Of a DNA stretch of 24,000 nucleotides, positions 8,527 to 17,416 are shown in pieces. Position 1 is the stretch's first letter. Each line of letters opens with the position of its first letter. The stretch comes from Streptomyces ficellus. GTDB taxonomy: Bacteria > Actinomycetota > Actinomycetes > Streptomycetales > Streptomycetaceae. The translations under genes were made by a program, and so were the position numbers. Below the pieces are notes generated by a model. It was not told the DNA's origin. It saw only the letters and a list, made by a program, of their open reading frames with translations, and ran no database searches. The stretch lies in NCBI RefSeq assembly GCF_030406405.1, contig NZ_JAUEPL010000030.1, forward strand, positions 11,852 to 35,851, written 5' to 3'.

Positions 8527-8559
8527 GTGCCCCGCGTTCGCCGGACCGGCGCGGGGCAC
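8527..8559 (+). terminator. hairpin downstream of the PPOX-type gene
   Basis: gtgccccgcg (8527-8536) pairs with cgcggggcac (8550-8559). There is no T-run. Confidence 0.45.
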
Positions 8560-8582
8560 TGCCATGCGCCCACTACCCTGGA

Positions 8583-9986
8583 GTGGTGACTATTCGTCTG
8601 TACGACACCAGCGCCCGGCAGGTCCGCGACTTCATCCCGCTCACGCCGGGCTGCGTCTCGATCTACCTGTGTGGCGCCACCGTGCAGGCCGCCCCGCACA
8701 TCGGGCACATCCGGTCGGGACTCAACTTCGACATCATGCGCCGCTGGTTCGCCCACCGCGGCTACGACGTGACGTTCATCCGCAACGTCACCGACATCGA
8801 TGACAAGATCATCGCCAAGTCCGCCGAGCAGGGCCGCCCCTGGTGGGCGATCGGGTACGCGAACGAGCGCGCCTTCACCAGCGGTTACGAGGCCCTCGGC
8901 TGCCTCCCGCCCACCTACGAACCGCGCGCCACCGGCCACATCACCGAGATGGTCGAGATGATGCGCGGCCTCATCGAGCGCGGCCACGCCTACGAGGCGG
9001 ACGGCAGTGTCTACTTCGACGTCCGCTCCTTCCCCGGCTACCTGGCGCTGTCCAACCAGGACATCGACGAGCTGCGCCAGCCCGCCGAAGAGGGCATCAC
9101 CGGCAAGCGAGACCCGCGCGACTTCGCCATGTGGAAGGCCACCAAGCCCGGCGAGCCCGACTGGGAGACCCCGTGGGGCCGCGGCCGCCCCGGCTGGCAC
9201 CTGGAGTGCTCGGCGATGGCGCACAAGTACCTCGGCTCCGCCTTCGACATCCACGGCGGCGGCCTCGACCTGGTCTTCCCTCACCACGAGAACGAGATCG
9301 CGCAGGCCAAGGCGTACGGCGACGACTTCGCCCGCTACTGGGTGCACAACGCCTGGGTGACGATGAGCGGCGAGAAGATGTCGAAGTCGCTCGGCAACTC
9401 GGTGCTGGTCTCCGAGATGGTCAAGCAGTGGCGCCCCATCGTGCTCCGCTACTACCTCGGCACCCCGCACTACCGGTCGACGATCGAGTACAGCGAGGAG
9501 GCCCTGCGCGAGGCCGAGTCGGCGTTCGCGCGCATCGAGGGTTTCGTGCAGCGGGTCGTCGAGAAGGCCGGCGGCGCCGTCGAGCCCGCCCCCGAGGTGC
9601 CGCTCGCCTTCGCCGAGGCGATGGACGACGACCTGGGCGTACCGCAGGCGCTGGCGATCATCCACACCACCGTGCGCCAGGGCAACAGCGCCCTGGCCGC
9701 CGACGACAAGGAAGCCGCCGTCGCGCGCCTCGCCGAGGTCCGCGCCATGCTCGGCGTCCTCGGCCTGGACCCGCTCGACCCCCACTGGGCGGGCGAGGCC
9801 GACCGCGGCGAGGACCTGCACGGCGTCGTCGACAGTCTCGTACGCATGGTCCTCGACCAGCGCGAAGCGGCCCGCGCCCGCAAGGACTGGGCGACGGCCG
9901 ACGCGATCCGGGACCAGCTGAGCCAGTCCGGCCTGGTCATCGAGGACAGCCCCGAAGGGCCGCGCTGGACGCTCGGCGCGCGCTGA
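8583..9986 (+). CDS. cysS: cysteine--tRNA ligase
   Basis: HIGH motif (APHIGHIRS), KMSKS motif ([10 protein letters not shown]) and the WHLEC zinc site. GTG start at 8583 (8586 is an alternative). Confidence 0.93.
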   Translation: MVTIRLYDTSARQVRDFIPLTPGCVSIYLCGATVQAAPHIGHIRSGLNFDIMRRWFAHRGYDVTFIRNVTDIDDKIIAKSAEQGRPWWAIGYANERAFTSGYEALGCLPPTYEPRATGHITEMVEMMRGLIERGHAYEADGSVYFDVRSFPGYLALSNQDIDELRQPAEEGITGKRDPRDFAMWKATKPGEPDWETPWGRGRPGWHLECSAMAHKYLGSAFDIHGGGLDLVFPHHENEIAQAKAYGDDFARYWVHNAWVTMSGEKMSKSLGNSVLVSEMVKQWRPIVLRYYLGTPHYRSTIEYSEEALREAESAFARIEGFVQRVVEKAGGAVEPAPEVPLAFAEAMDDDLGVPQALAIIHTTVRQGNSALAADDKEAAVARLAEVRAMLGVLGLDPLDPHWAGEADRGEDLHGVVDSLVRMVLDQREAARARKDWATADAIRDQLSQSGLVIEDSPEGPRWTLGAR

Positions 9987-9997
9987 GCACTCGCGGC

Positions 9998-10022
9998 ACA
10001 CTTCATATACACACTTCATATA
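9998..10022. repeat. direct repeat ACACTTCATATA x2 in an AT-rich spacer upstream of rlmB
   Basis: acacttcatata (9998-10009) and acacttcatata (10011-10022). Likely part of the rlmB promoter region. Confidence 0.6.
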
Positions 10023-10063
10023 TACGTACGCAGCACCTCAATTCTTCACGAAGCAGGTAAGTC

Positions 10064-11014
10064 ATGGCCGGGAACAGCCAGCGCAGGAACCGCCGCACGT
10101 CCAACAAGAAGGGCGCGACGGTCGGCAGCGGTGGCCAGCGGCGCCGGGGCCTGGAGGGCAAGGGCCCGACCCCGCCCGCGTCCGCGCGCAAGGGCCACAA
10201 GAAGAATCGCATCGCCAACGCACAGGCGAAGCACGCCCAGCGCCGCCCCATCGCCCGCCGCGGCGGCAAGGGTGCCTCCGAGATGGTCGTCGGCCGCAAC
10301 CCCGTCTTCGAGGCGCTGCGCGACGGCGTACCGGCGTCGACCCTGTACGTGCAGCAGTTCATCGACAACGACGAGCGGGTGCGCGACGCGCTCAAGCTCG
10401 CGGCCGACCGCGGCGGCATCAACCTCATGGAGGCGCCGCGCGCCGAGCTCGACCGGATGACCAATGGCCTGAACCACCAGGGCCTCGTCCTCCAGGTCCC
10501 GCCGTACGAGTACGCCCACCCCGAGGACCTCGCCGCGGCGGCCTTCGACGAGGGCGAGGACCCGCTGATCGTCGCCCTCGACGGGGTCACCGACCCGCGC
10601 AACCTCGGCGCGGTCGTCCGCTCCGTCTCCGCGTTCGGCGGCCACGGCGTGGTCGTGCCGGAGCGGCGCGCGGCGGGCATGACCGCCGGTGCCTGGAAGA
10701 CCTCCGCGGGCACCGCCGCCCGTACCCCGGTGGCCCGCGCCACCAACCTCACCCGCGCCCTGGAGTCGTACCAGAAGGCCGGCCTCACGGTCGTGGGCCT
10801 CGCGGCGGACGGCGACGCCGAGGTCGGCGACCTGGAGGCGCTGGGCGGCCCGGTCGTCATCGTCGTGGGCAGCGAGGGCAAGGGCCTGTCGCGCCTGGTC
10901 GGCGAGACCTGCGACTTCCTCGTCCGCATCCCCATGCCGGGCGGTGCCGAGTCCCTCAACGCGGGCGTCGCGGCCGGTGTGGTGCTGTACGAGGCGGCTC
11001 GCCGCCGCGCGTAA
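10064..11014 (+). CDS. rlmB: 23S rRNA (guanosine-2'-O-)-methyltransferase, SpoU/TrmH family, with a basic N-terminal extension
   Basis: SpoU motifs: [26 protein letters not shown] and [19 protein letters not shown]. Position after cysS matches other actinobacteria. Confidence 0.85.
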   Translation: MAGNSQRRNRRTSNKKGATVGSGGQRRRGLEGKGPTPPASARKGHKKNRIANAQAKHAQRRPIARRGGKGASEMVVGRNPVFEALRDGVPASTLYVQQFIDNDERVRDALKLAADRGGINLMEAPRAELDRMTNGLNHQGLVLQVPPYEYAHPEDLAAAAFDEGEDPLIVALDGVTDPRNLGAVVRSVSAFGGHGVVVPERRAAGMTAGAWKTSAGTAARTPVARATNLTRALESYQKAGLTVVGLAADGDAEVGDLEALGGPVVIVVGSEGKGLSRLVGETCDFLVRIPMPGGAESLNAGVAAGVVLYEAARRRA

Positions 11015-11033
11015 AACGCCTGGTCCCGCGCTC

Positions 11034-11070
11034 GTCCCGAGACCCGTCATGATCTTGACGGGTCTCGGAC
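11034..11070 (+). terminator. long hairpin downstream of rlmB
   Basis: gtcccgagacccgtca (11034-11049) pairs with tgacgggtctcggac (11056-11070) with one bulge, followed by attt. Confidence 0.65.
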
Positions 11071-11118
11071 ATTTCCCACGCGTCAAGGCAGTGTCCTAAA
11101 CCCACGTCACTCGGTTAG

Positions 11119-12741
11119 ATGAGTGTGGACACCAGAACGCCCCGGCCCGGTTTCGACGATCAGCCTGCGCTGAGCATGGTCAAGGTGGATTGCGATCCCG
11201 CGCAGGTCATCGTGAACCACGCCAGCTTCCGAGTGCAGCTCGCCCCGGTGAACAAGCCTCGATTCACCGACACCGCCCGTGTGCCCGCCATGAGCGGCGC
11301 CACCACCGCGGGGGCGCGGCGCCGCGCCCCCGTCGTATGGAGCGGGAAGTCCTCCCCCGGGGACCCCGGCGCGACCGGGCTGCTGCAAGCCGTGCGGGAG
11401 TCCGCCGCCGTCGACACGCTCGACCCCGGCGCGACGCAGGTCATCCCCCGCCTCGGCCTCTCCGACGACACCATGCCGACGCCCGTCGTCGGCGCCCAGC
11501 GCGGCCCCGACGGGCCGCCGCTCCTGCCGCCGATGCGCCGCGCGGTCGGCGCCTACGACGAGCCGCCCGGCGACCACCACACGGACGCGTACACCGATAC
11601 ATACACCGATGCGTACGCCGCCGACCGCGACCAGGCCGACGACGGTGACGACCGTGACGACCGCGGCGAGCGGTACGAGAACGGGGTGTACACCGGGCCC
11701 GCGCACCGGCACGCCTACTACCCCGGCCGGCGCATGAACCTCGGCGTCGTCCTGCTCCCGCTGCGCGTGTTCCTCGGCTTCATCTCCATCTACGCCGGCA
11801 TGGGCAAGCTCTGCGACCCCGTCTACTTCGACGGCGGCGAGCGCGGCTCCATGGTCAAGTGGCTCACCTCCCTCCACCCCTGGACCGCCGCGGAGCCGCT
11901 GCGTGACTTCGCGCTCGCCCACCCCGTGGGCGCCGGCCTGACGGTCGCGTTCGCCCAGGTCATCGTCGGCGTCCTGACCGTGCTCGGGCTCTGGCAGCGG
12001 GTCGCCGCCGTGTTCGGCGCGCTGCTGTCGGCCGCGCTGATCCTGATCGTGAGCTGGAAGACCGTCCCGGTCTACGACGCGCCCGACATCATCTACCTCG
12101 CCGCCTGGTCACCGCTGATCATCGCCGGGGCCCCCGTCTACTCCATCGACGGCCGCCTCGCGGGCGAGGCCTGGCGCACGCTCGGCCCCCGCTCCGCGCT
12201 GTGGCAGCTGCGCCGCCGCGTGCTGCGGCGCGGCGTGGTGGTCGCCACCGTGGTCGTGGGCCTCACCCTGCTCGTCGGCTCGGTGCTCGGCGGGGCCGTG
12301 CGCTCCAGCGAGGTCGTCACCGTGCCCGGCCCGAACGACGACCCGACCAACCACCTGCCCGGCCGGCCCCTGCCGCAGGAGCCGGGTGAGCGCTCCCCGT
12401 CGGCCGAGGAGACGTCCAAGCGCCCCGAGCCCTCCGCGTCCACGTCCAGCGGCCCGGCGGAGGAGGAATCCTCCCCGGAGGAGACGGTCCGCGAGACCGG
12501 ACGCATCGAGGAGGAGGAGCGGCCCACCACCTCCCAGGGCACCGGCCAGCAGCCCCCGGAGCAGTCCGAGCCCGTGCCCCCGCCGTCCACGAGCGCCGGT
12601 CCGTCCTCCACGGGAGGCAGCGGCGGCAGCGGCGGCAGCACCAGCGGCGGTGGCGGCGACGACGGCGGTTCCGGCGGCAGCGAGGACGGCGGCTCGTCCA
12701 GCGGCGGCAACAACAACCCGATCGGCGGTCTGCTGGGCTGA
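11119..12741 (+). CDS. DoxX-family integral membrane protein with a long N-terminal region and a Pro/Ser/Gly/Glu-rich C-terminal tail
   Basis: Core LGVVLLPLRVFLGFISIYAGMGKL... followed by further TM helices. The start is uncertain: ATG 11119 is the first, but codon style only becomes typical from about ATG 11290. Confidence 0.7.
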   Translation: MSVDTRTPRPGFDDQPALSMVKVDCDPAQVIVNHASFRVQLAPVNKPRFTDTARVPAMSGATTAGARRRAPVVWSGKSSPGDPGATGLLQAVRESAAVDTLDPGATQVIPRLGLSDDTMPTPVVGAQRGPDGPPLLPPMRRAVGAYDEPPGDHHTDAYTDTYTDAYAADRDQADDGDDRDDRGERYENGVYTGPAHRHAYYPGRRMNLGVVLLPLRVFLGFISIYAGMGKLCDPVYFDGGERGSMVKWLTSLHPWTAAEPLRDFALAHPVGAGLTVAFAQVIVGVLTVLGLWQRVAAVFGALLSAALILIVSWKTVPVYDAPDIIYLAAWSPLIIAGAPVYSIDGRLAGEAWRTLGPRSALWQLRRRVLRRGVVVATVVVGLTLLVGSVLGGAVRSSEVVTVPGPNDDPTNHLPGRPLPQEPGERSPSAEETSKRPEPSASTSSGPAEEESSPEETVRETGRIEEEERPTTSQGTGQQPPEQSEPVPPPSTSAGPSSTGGSGGSGGSTSGGGGDDGGSGGSEDGGSSSGGNNNPIGGLLG

Positions 12742-12756
12742 CGCACCACAGCGCGT

Positions 12757-12788
12757 GGGGCGGTCACCGTGAAGACGGTGACCGCCCC
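12757..12788. terminator. 13-bp perfect hairpin between the convergent DoxX gene and the nucleotidyltransferase gene
   Basis: ggggcggtcaccg (12757-12769), loop tgaaga, cggtgaccgcccc (12776-12788). Confidence 0.7.
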
Positions 12789-12791
12789 TCT

Positions 12792-12843
12792 GCGTATGCG
12801 TCATACGCGTCGTACGCCGTACGCGTCGTACGCGTCGTACGCA
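12792..12843. repeat. ~9-nt tandem microrepeat rich in the CGTACG palindrome
   Basis: gcgtatgcg tcatacgcg tcgtacgcc gtacgcg tcgtacgcg tcgtacgc, read directly. Confidence 0.75.
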
Positions 12844-12850
12844 GAAGGAT

Positions 12851-13570
12851 TCAGGAACCGGCGAGCTCCTTCGCCGCCTCGCTGAGGTCCTTGGCGGTGT
12901 CGATCGCCCGCCAGTAAGCCCCCTGCGGCAGCGGAAAGCCCGCCAGGCGCCGCTCACGGGCCAGGCGGGGGAACGTGGTGCGCTCATGGTCGCCCACATC
13001 GGGCAGGAGCTCGGTGAAGGCGGGGGAGAAGACGTACACGCCCGCGTTGATCAGATACGGCGAAGGCGGCGACTCGATGAAGTCGGTGATGTGCCCGAAG
13101 GCGTCCGTCTCGACGGCCCCCCACGGGATACGGGGACGGGCCAGGGCGAGCGTGGCGGTGGCGTCCCGCTCGGCGTGGAACGCGGCCATCTCGCGCAGCG
13201 AGAAACGGGTCCAGATGTCACCGTTCGTGGCGTACCAGGGCTCATCGGGGTGCGGCAGACGCGCGGCCGCGTACTTGAGGCCGCCGCCACGGCCCAGCGG
13301 CTCGGCCTCCACAACGGTGGTGACGCGCAGCGGCAGTTCGGCCGTCGCCAGCCACTGCTGGAGTACCTCGGCGAGATGGCCGCAGGAGACGACGGCGTCC
13401 GTCACGCCCTCGGCGGCGAGCCAGGAAAGCTGATGGCCGATGATCGGGGTCCCGGTTCCCGGGATCTCGACCATCGGCTTGGGGCGGTCATCGGTGTACG
13501 GGCGCAGTCGTGAACCCTGGCCGCCCGCCAGGACCACGGCCTGCGTCGGAGAGGTGTGCATACCGCGCAC
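12851..13570 (-). CDS. sugar-1-phosphate nucleotidyltransferase (mannose-1-phosphate guanylyltransferase-like)
   Basis: N-terminal VVLAGGQGSRLRPYTDDRPKPMV pyrophosphorylase signature. GTG at 13570; ATG at 13561 is an alternative start. Confidence 0.8.
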   Translation of the reverse strand: MRGMHTSPTQAVVLAGGQGSRLRPYTDDRPKPMVEIPGTGTPIIGHQLSWLAAEGVTDAVVSCGHLAEVLQQWLATAELPLRVTTVVEAEPLGRGGGLKYAAARLPHPDEPWYATNGDIWTRFSLREMAAFHAERDATATLALARPRIPWGAVETDAFGHITDFIESPPSPYLINAGVYVFSPAFTELLPDVGDHERTTFPRLARERRLAGFPLPQGAYWRAIDTAKDLSEAAKELAGS

Positions 13571-13600
13571 GATAGGCGCACCTCGGTGCCGGGGATGCGC

Positions 13601-14014
13601 TCAGCTCTCGTGGGCGACGCCGGAGGCGAAGGAGGTGTCGCAGACCGGCCGCGAGTACGTCTGGGCGCGTACGGGGCCGTAGTGCTGGACCGCCGCACGG
13701 CCGAGCGCGCGGGCGATCGACATGCAGTGCTTGGCGAGCGACGGGCGCTCCTCCACCGCACGCTGAAGGTGGGTGAGGGCGACACCGGGGTCCTTCTCCT
13801 GAAGCTCCGCGAGGAGCTTGTCGCGGAGAATATCCTGCGGGGTGCGAGGCTTGGCCCGTACGGAGACGTTCTCGGAGGACGCGGTCAGCATCTGTGTCTG
13901 GGAGCTGTTGCCCGCCCACGGGACGCTGGTGACCGCGAGAGTTCCGGAGAGCACCAGGACGACGGGCAGGACGAGGGCGAGTGTGCGGCCGATTCGGCGT
14001 GCTGTGTGGGTCAC
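13601..14014 (-). CDS. small secreted or membrane-anchored hypothetical protein
   Basis: 137 aa, GTG start, with N-terminal signal/TM segment RTLALVLPVVLVLSGTLAV. Typical GC3. No family recognised. Confidence 0.55.
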   Translation of the reverse strand: MTHTARRIGRTLALVLPVVLVLSGTLAVTSVPWAGNSSQTQMLTASSENVSVRAKPRTPQDILRDKLLAELQEKDPGVALTHLQRAVEERPSLAKHCMSIARALGRAAVQHYGPVRAQTYSRPVCDTSFASGVAHES

Positions 14015-14170
14015 GGACGTGAGCGTAGCGGCCAGTGATGATTTGGAGACATTTAGTCACCCCCACGGGGGATGGTTCGATGCTCCTTTTCGAATCAGGT
14101 GTTGACAACAGGGTCCGAATTGACCCCTGTGCCGGGGTATTTGTCGACATCCGGGCGGGGCTGCGCCAAC

Positions 14171-14194
14171 GGCCCCGCACCGAAGTGCGGGGCC
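14171..14194 (-). terminator. hairpin downstream of msiK
   Basis: ggccccgcac (14171-14180), loop cgaa, gtgcggggcc (14185-14194). Confidence 0.6.
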
Positions 14195-14224
14195 GGGCAA
14201 CAGCTTTGACCGCCAGGCGCGGGG

Positions 14225-15322
<1,098 letters not shown>

Positions 15323-15379
15323 GGTGATGCGGTCCCTTCACCGGCAGGAACGTGCCGGACGATCCGAGTAGAGGGAGAG

Positions 15380-15395
15380 ATCGGTCTAGTCCACG
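15380..15395. promoter_or_regulatory. candidate DasR-responsive element (dre) upstream of msiK
   Basis: atcggtctagtccacg matches 12 of 16 positions of the dre consensus ACTGGTCTAGACCACT, with the central GGTCTAG core intact. Lies 58 nt upstream of the msiK ATG. Confidence 0.4.
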
Positions 15396-15469
15396 TCAGT
15401 GAACTGCCGGTGACGCTACCTGGCGGGGCCAGGTCTGTCAGTAGTTGGCGGAAACGAAATCCTGCCTGG

Positions 15470-15800
15470 TGGCTCGGTGGTGGCAGAGCACCCGACTTTT
15501 GACCTTGCACGCCCCGCGCAGAGCAATTGCCTCGGCCTCAGCTCGGCTACGGGACGGGTTGCGGCCCTCGCGGGCCAACACTTCCTGCTTCATCACCCAT
15601 CGCCGTCCGACCATGGCCCTGAAGGGCCACGCCCGGCCGGTCTTACGCGGGCTCCACAGGCATGACGGCCGACGGCCCGTCGGTCCGTACCTCACTTCAC
15701 CTCACGCAGCGGGCGAGTACCGCACCAGCTCCGAGGCCTTGATTATCGAAGGTGGCATCCTGCCCGGGGGCAGCGCCGCAGCGAGCAGCCAGTACAGCCG
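15470..15800 (-). ncRNA. candidate TnpB omega-RNA (reRNA) scaffold spanning the tnpB 3' end and the right end of the element; boundaries approximate
   Basis: About 230 nt of non-coding sequence follow the tnpB stop on the minus strand. It holds several hairpins, such as TGGCCCTTCAGGGCCA, GTTGGCCCGCGAGGGCCGCAAC, CCGACGGGCCGTCGG and TCGGGTGCTCTGCCACCACCGA. Position relative to tnpB fits the known omega-RNA arrangement. Confidence 0.35.
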
Positions 15801-16985
15801 CAATCCCTCGTCACGGAGATTCACCGCCGCGTTCACATCACGGTCGTGCACCATGCCGCACTCCTGGCAGGTCCACTCCCGAACCGACACATCCAGACGC
15901 GGACCCTTCGCATGACAGGCCGAGCAGCGCCGCGTCGATGGGAAGAAGCGGTCCACGATCACCAGCGTCCGCCCGTACCACTCGCACTTGTAGCGGAGCT
16001 GCCTCAGCAGCTCGCCCCACGCCGCGTCGCGGATGGCCTGGTTCAGCTTCGCTTTCCGCCGCCGTCCCTTGCCGATCGCCGGCCGCATCAGATTGGCGAT
16101 GGGCAGCTCTTCCACCACGAGCACTTGGTTCTCGCGCACGAGGCGGGTCGTGAACTGGTCCAGCATGTCTCTGCGGACGTCCGTGATCAGCGCGTACAGC
16201 CGGGCGATCTTGACTCGGATCTTTCCCCGGTTCTTGGAACCCTTCTCCTTCCGATGGAGCTGCCGCTGGAGGCCGGCGAGCTGCTGCGCGTACTTCTTCA
16301 GGAGGCGGGGATGCTCCAGCTTCCGACCGTCGTCCAGCGTCACAAGAGCGGTCAGACCAAGATCGAGCCCTACAGCCTTGGGAGCCTGCGAGCCCGGCAC
16401 GAAGGCGGCGGGCAAAGGCGCGATCCGCTCCTCCACCAGCATCGACAGGAAATACCTGCCCGCCCGGTCCCTGGTCACCGTCAGCTTCACCGGCACCACA
16501 CCAGCGGGCAGCGCCCTGGACCACCGCACGTCCAGTGGAGACATCTGCTTGGCCAGCGTCACCAGACCGGTCCCCGGCCGCTCCGGGTCCTCAAGCCAGC
16601 GGAAGCCCGTACGGACGTACGTCGCCGAGTCCCGCGCGGTGCGCTTCCTCTTGAGCTTCGGATACTTCGCGGCCTTCCGGAAGAAGCGCTGGAACGCCCC
16701 GTCCAGGTGGCGCAGCGCCTGTTGGAGGACCGTGGAGGAGACCACCTGGAGCCAGGACGTGTCCTCGGCCCGGCGCCACCCGGTGAGAGCACGGCACGTC
16801 TCCGCGTATCCGACCGACACCCGGTGCTTCTCCCATGCCTCCGAGCGCAGGGACAAGCCCTGGTTGTAGACCCAGCGGCAGGCGCCGAAGGTCTGCTCAA
16901 GCTGTTCGGCCTGCTCAGGTGAGGGATAGAAACGGAAGCGGTAGACGCGCTGCCGGGTGTCGGCTTCCTTGGTCCGGCTTCGCAT
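15702..16985 (-). CDS. tnpB: RNA-guided endonuclease TnpB (IS605 OrfB family)
   Basis: N-terminus RVYRFRFYPSPEQAEQLEQTFGACRWVYN. RuvC-I GLDLG (D codon 16362-16364), RuvC-II VVEEL (E codon 16110-16112), zinc finger CSAC...CQEC, and RuvC-III HDRDVNAAVNL (D codon 15837-15839). The ORF stays open upstream to ATG 17102 and GTG 17159; ATG 16985 gives a typical 427 aa. Confidence 0.88.
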   Translation of the reverse strand: MRSRTKEADTRQRVYRFRFYPSPEQAEQLEQTFGACRWVYNQGLSLRSEAWEKHRVSVGYAETCRALTGWRRAEDTSWLQVVSSTVLQQALRHLDGAFQRFFRKAAKYPKLKRKRTARDSATYVRTGFRWLEDPERPGTGLVTLAKQMSPLDVRWSRALPAGVVPVKLTVTRDRAGRYFLSMLVEERIAPLPAAFVPGSQAPKAVGLDLGLTALVTLDDGRKLEHPRLLKKYAQQLAGLQRQLHRKEKGSKNRGKIRVKIARLYALITDVRRDMLDQFTTRLVRENQVLVVEELPIANLMRPAIGKGRRRKAKLNQAIRDAAWGELLRQLRYKCEWYGRTLVIVDRFFPSTRRCSACHAKGPRLDVSVREWTCQECGMVHDRDVNAAVNLRDEGLRLYWLLAAALPPGRMPPSIIKASELVRYSPAA

Positions 16986-17194
16986 CGGGGTAGCGGCCCT
17001 CGTGTGGTGCTTGCGCCGGTCGGCGATGCCCAGCGCCTCGCGCTTGAGGCGCTTGGCCTCCGTGCCGGTGATACGTACCGGCCCCTCGACCGCATCTGTC
17101 ATCCCCCTGGCCCCCCGATCCGATCTTCGGAACAGCACTCCAGTGCGTTCAACGAACACATGGGCGGGGGGTCACGGGTCAGAACTCCGTGGCC

Positions 17195-17219
17195 TTGGGA
17201 TTCGCGTGCTGTGTAGAGT
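17195..17219 (+). promoter_or_regulatory. possible tRNA-Thr promoter (-10 TAGAGT)
   Basis: tagagt at 17214-17219 lies about 38 nt upstream of the tRNA 5' end. ttggga at 17195-17200 gives a short 13-nt spacer, so the -35 assignment is weak. Confidence 0.3.
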
Positions 17220-17256
17220 GGTGACGCCTTTCGCGTGCGGCTCTGACGTGCGCGAT

Positions 17257-17332
17257 GCCGCCTTAGCTCAGTTGGTAGAGCGGTTGCCTTGTAAGCTCCA
17301 GGTCGTCGGTTCGATTCCGACAGGCGGCTCCA
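17257..17332 (+). tRNA. tRNA-Thr (anticodon TGT), 76 nt with encoded CCA
   Basis: Hand-folded. Acceptor GCCGCCT/AGGCGGC, D arm GCTC-AGTTGGTA-GAGC, anticodon loop CTTGTAA, T arm GTCGG-TTCGATT-CCGAC. The anticodon stem has two adjacent mismatches (see findings). Confidence 0.8.
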
Positions 17333-17340
17333 GCAAAACC

Positions 17341-17369
17341 GTGTCCCGGACCACTCAGGTCCGGGACAC
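17341..17369 (+). terminator. 12-bp hairpin plus T-rich tail after the tRNA
   Basis: gtgtcccggacc (17341-17352), loop actca, ggtccgggacac (17358-17369), then tttgcgtt. Confidence 0.7.
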
Positions 17370-17416
17370 TTTGCGTTGAGGGGTGTACCTGGCGTGCCTG
17401 GGGAGGGGTGTGTCGG

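Larger units (their letters stand above)
15470..17190 (-). mobile_element. IS200/IS605-family element lacking tnpA (IS1341-like, tnpB only); ends not resolved
   Basis: tnpB has flanking non-coding arms. A left-arm hairpin GAACGCACTGGAGTGCTGTTC is the reverse complement of about 17131-17151. No Y1-transposase ORF is present. The element is wedged between the msiK promoter and the tRNA-Thr promoter. Confidence 0.5.

Noticed and set aside
8484-10019. 511-aa minus-strand ORF opposite cysS (other long shadow ORFs include 10046-11086, 14264-15502, 15846-16922, 17934-19328, 18605-19573, 21218-22657 and 22873-23595)
   Set aside because: Each lies antisense or out of frame to a gene with strong family motifs. 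Their compositions (Arg/Pro/Gly/Ala runs) are what stop-codon-poor GC-rich DNA produces.
14101-14149. TTGACA at 14102-14107, the inverted repeat CAGGGTC-N6-GACCCCTG at 14109-14129 and the TGTCGACA palindrome at 14142-14149 as a defined promoter/operator
   Set aside because: The motifs are real in the sequence, but there is no plus-strand gene downstream. On the minus strand I could not pair them with a convincing -10/-35, so they are too ambiguous to call as a feature.
15702-16985. TnpB as a nuclease-dead, domesticated TldR-like repressor of msiK or the tRNA
   Set aside because: All three RuvC catalytic residues and the zinc finger are present and the C-terminus is not truncated, so nothing in the sequence supports a dead-nuclease regulator.
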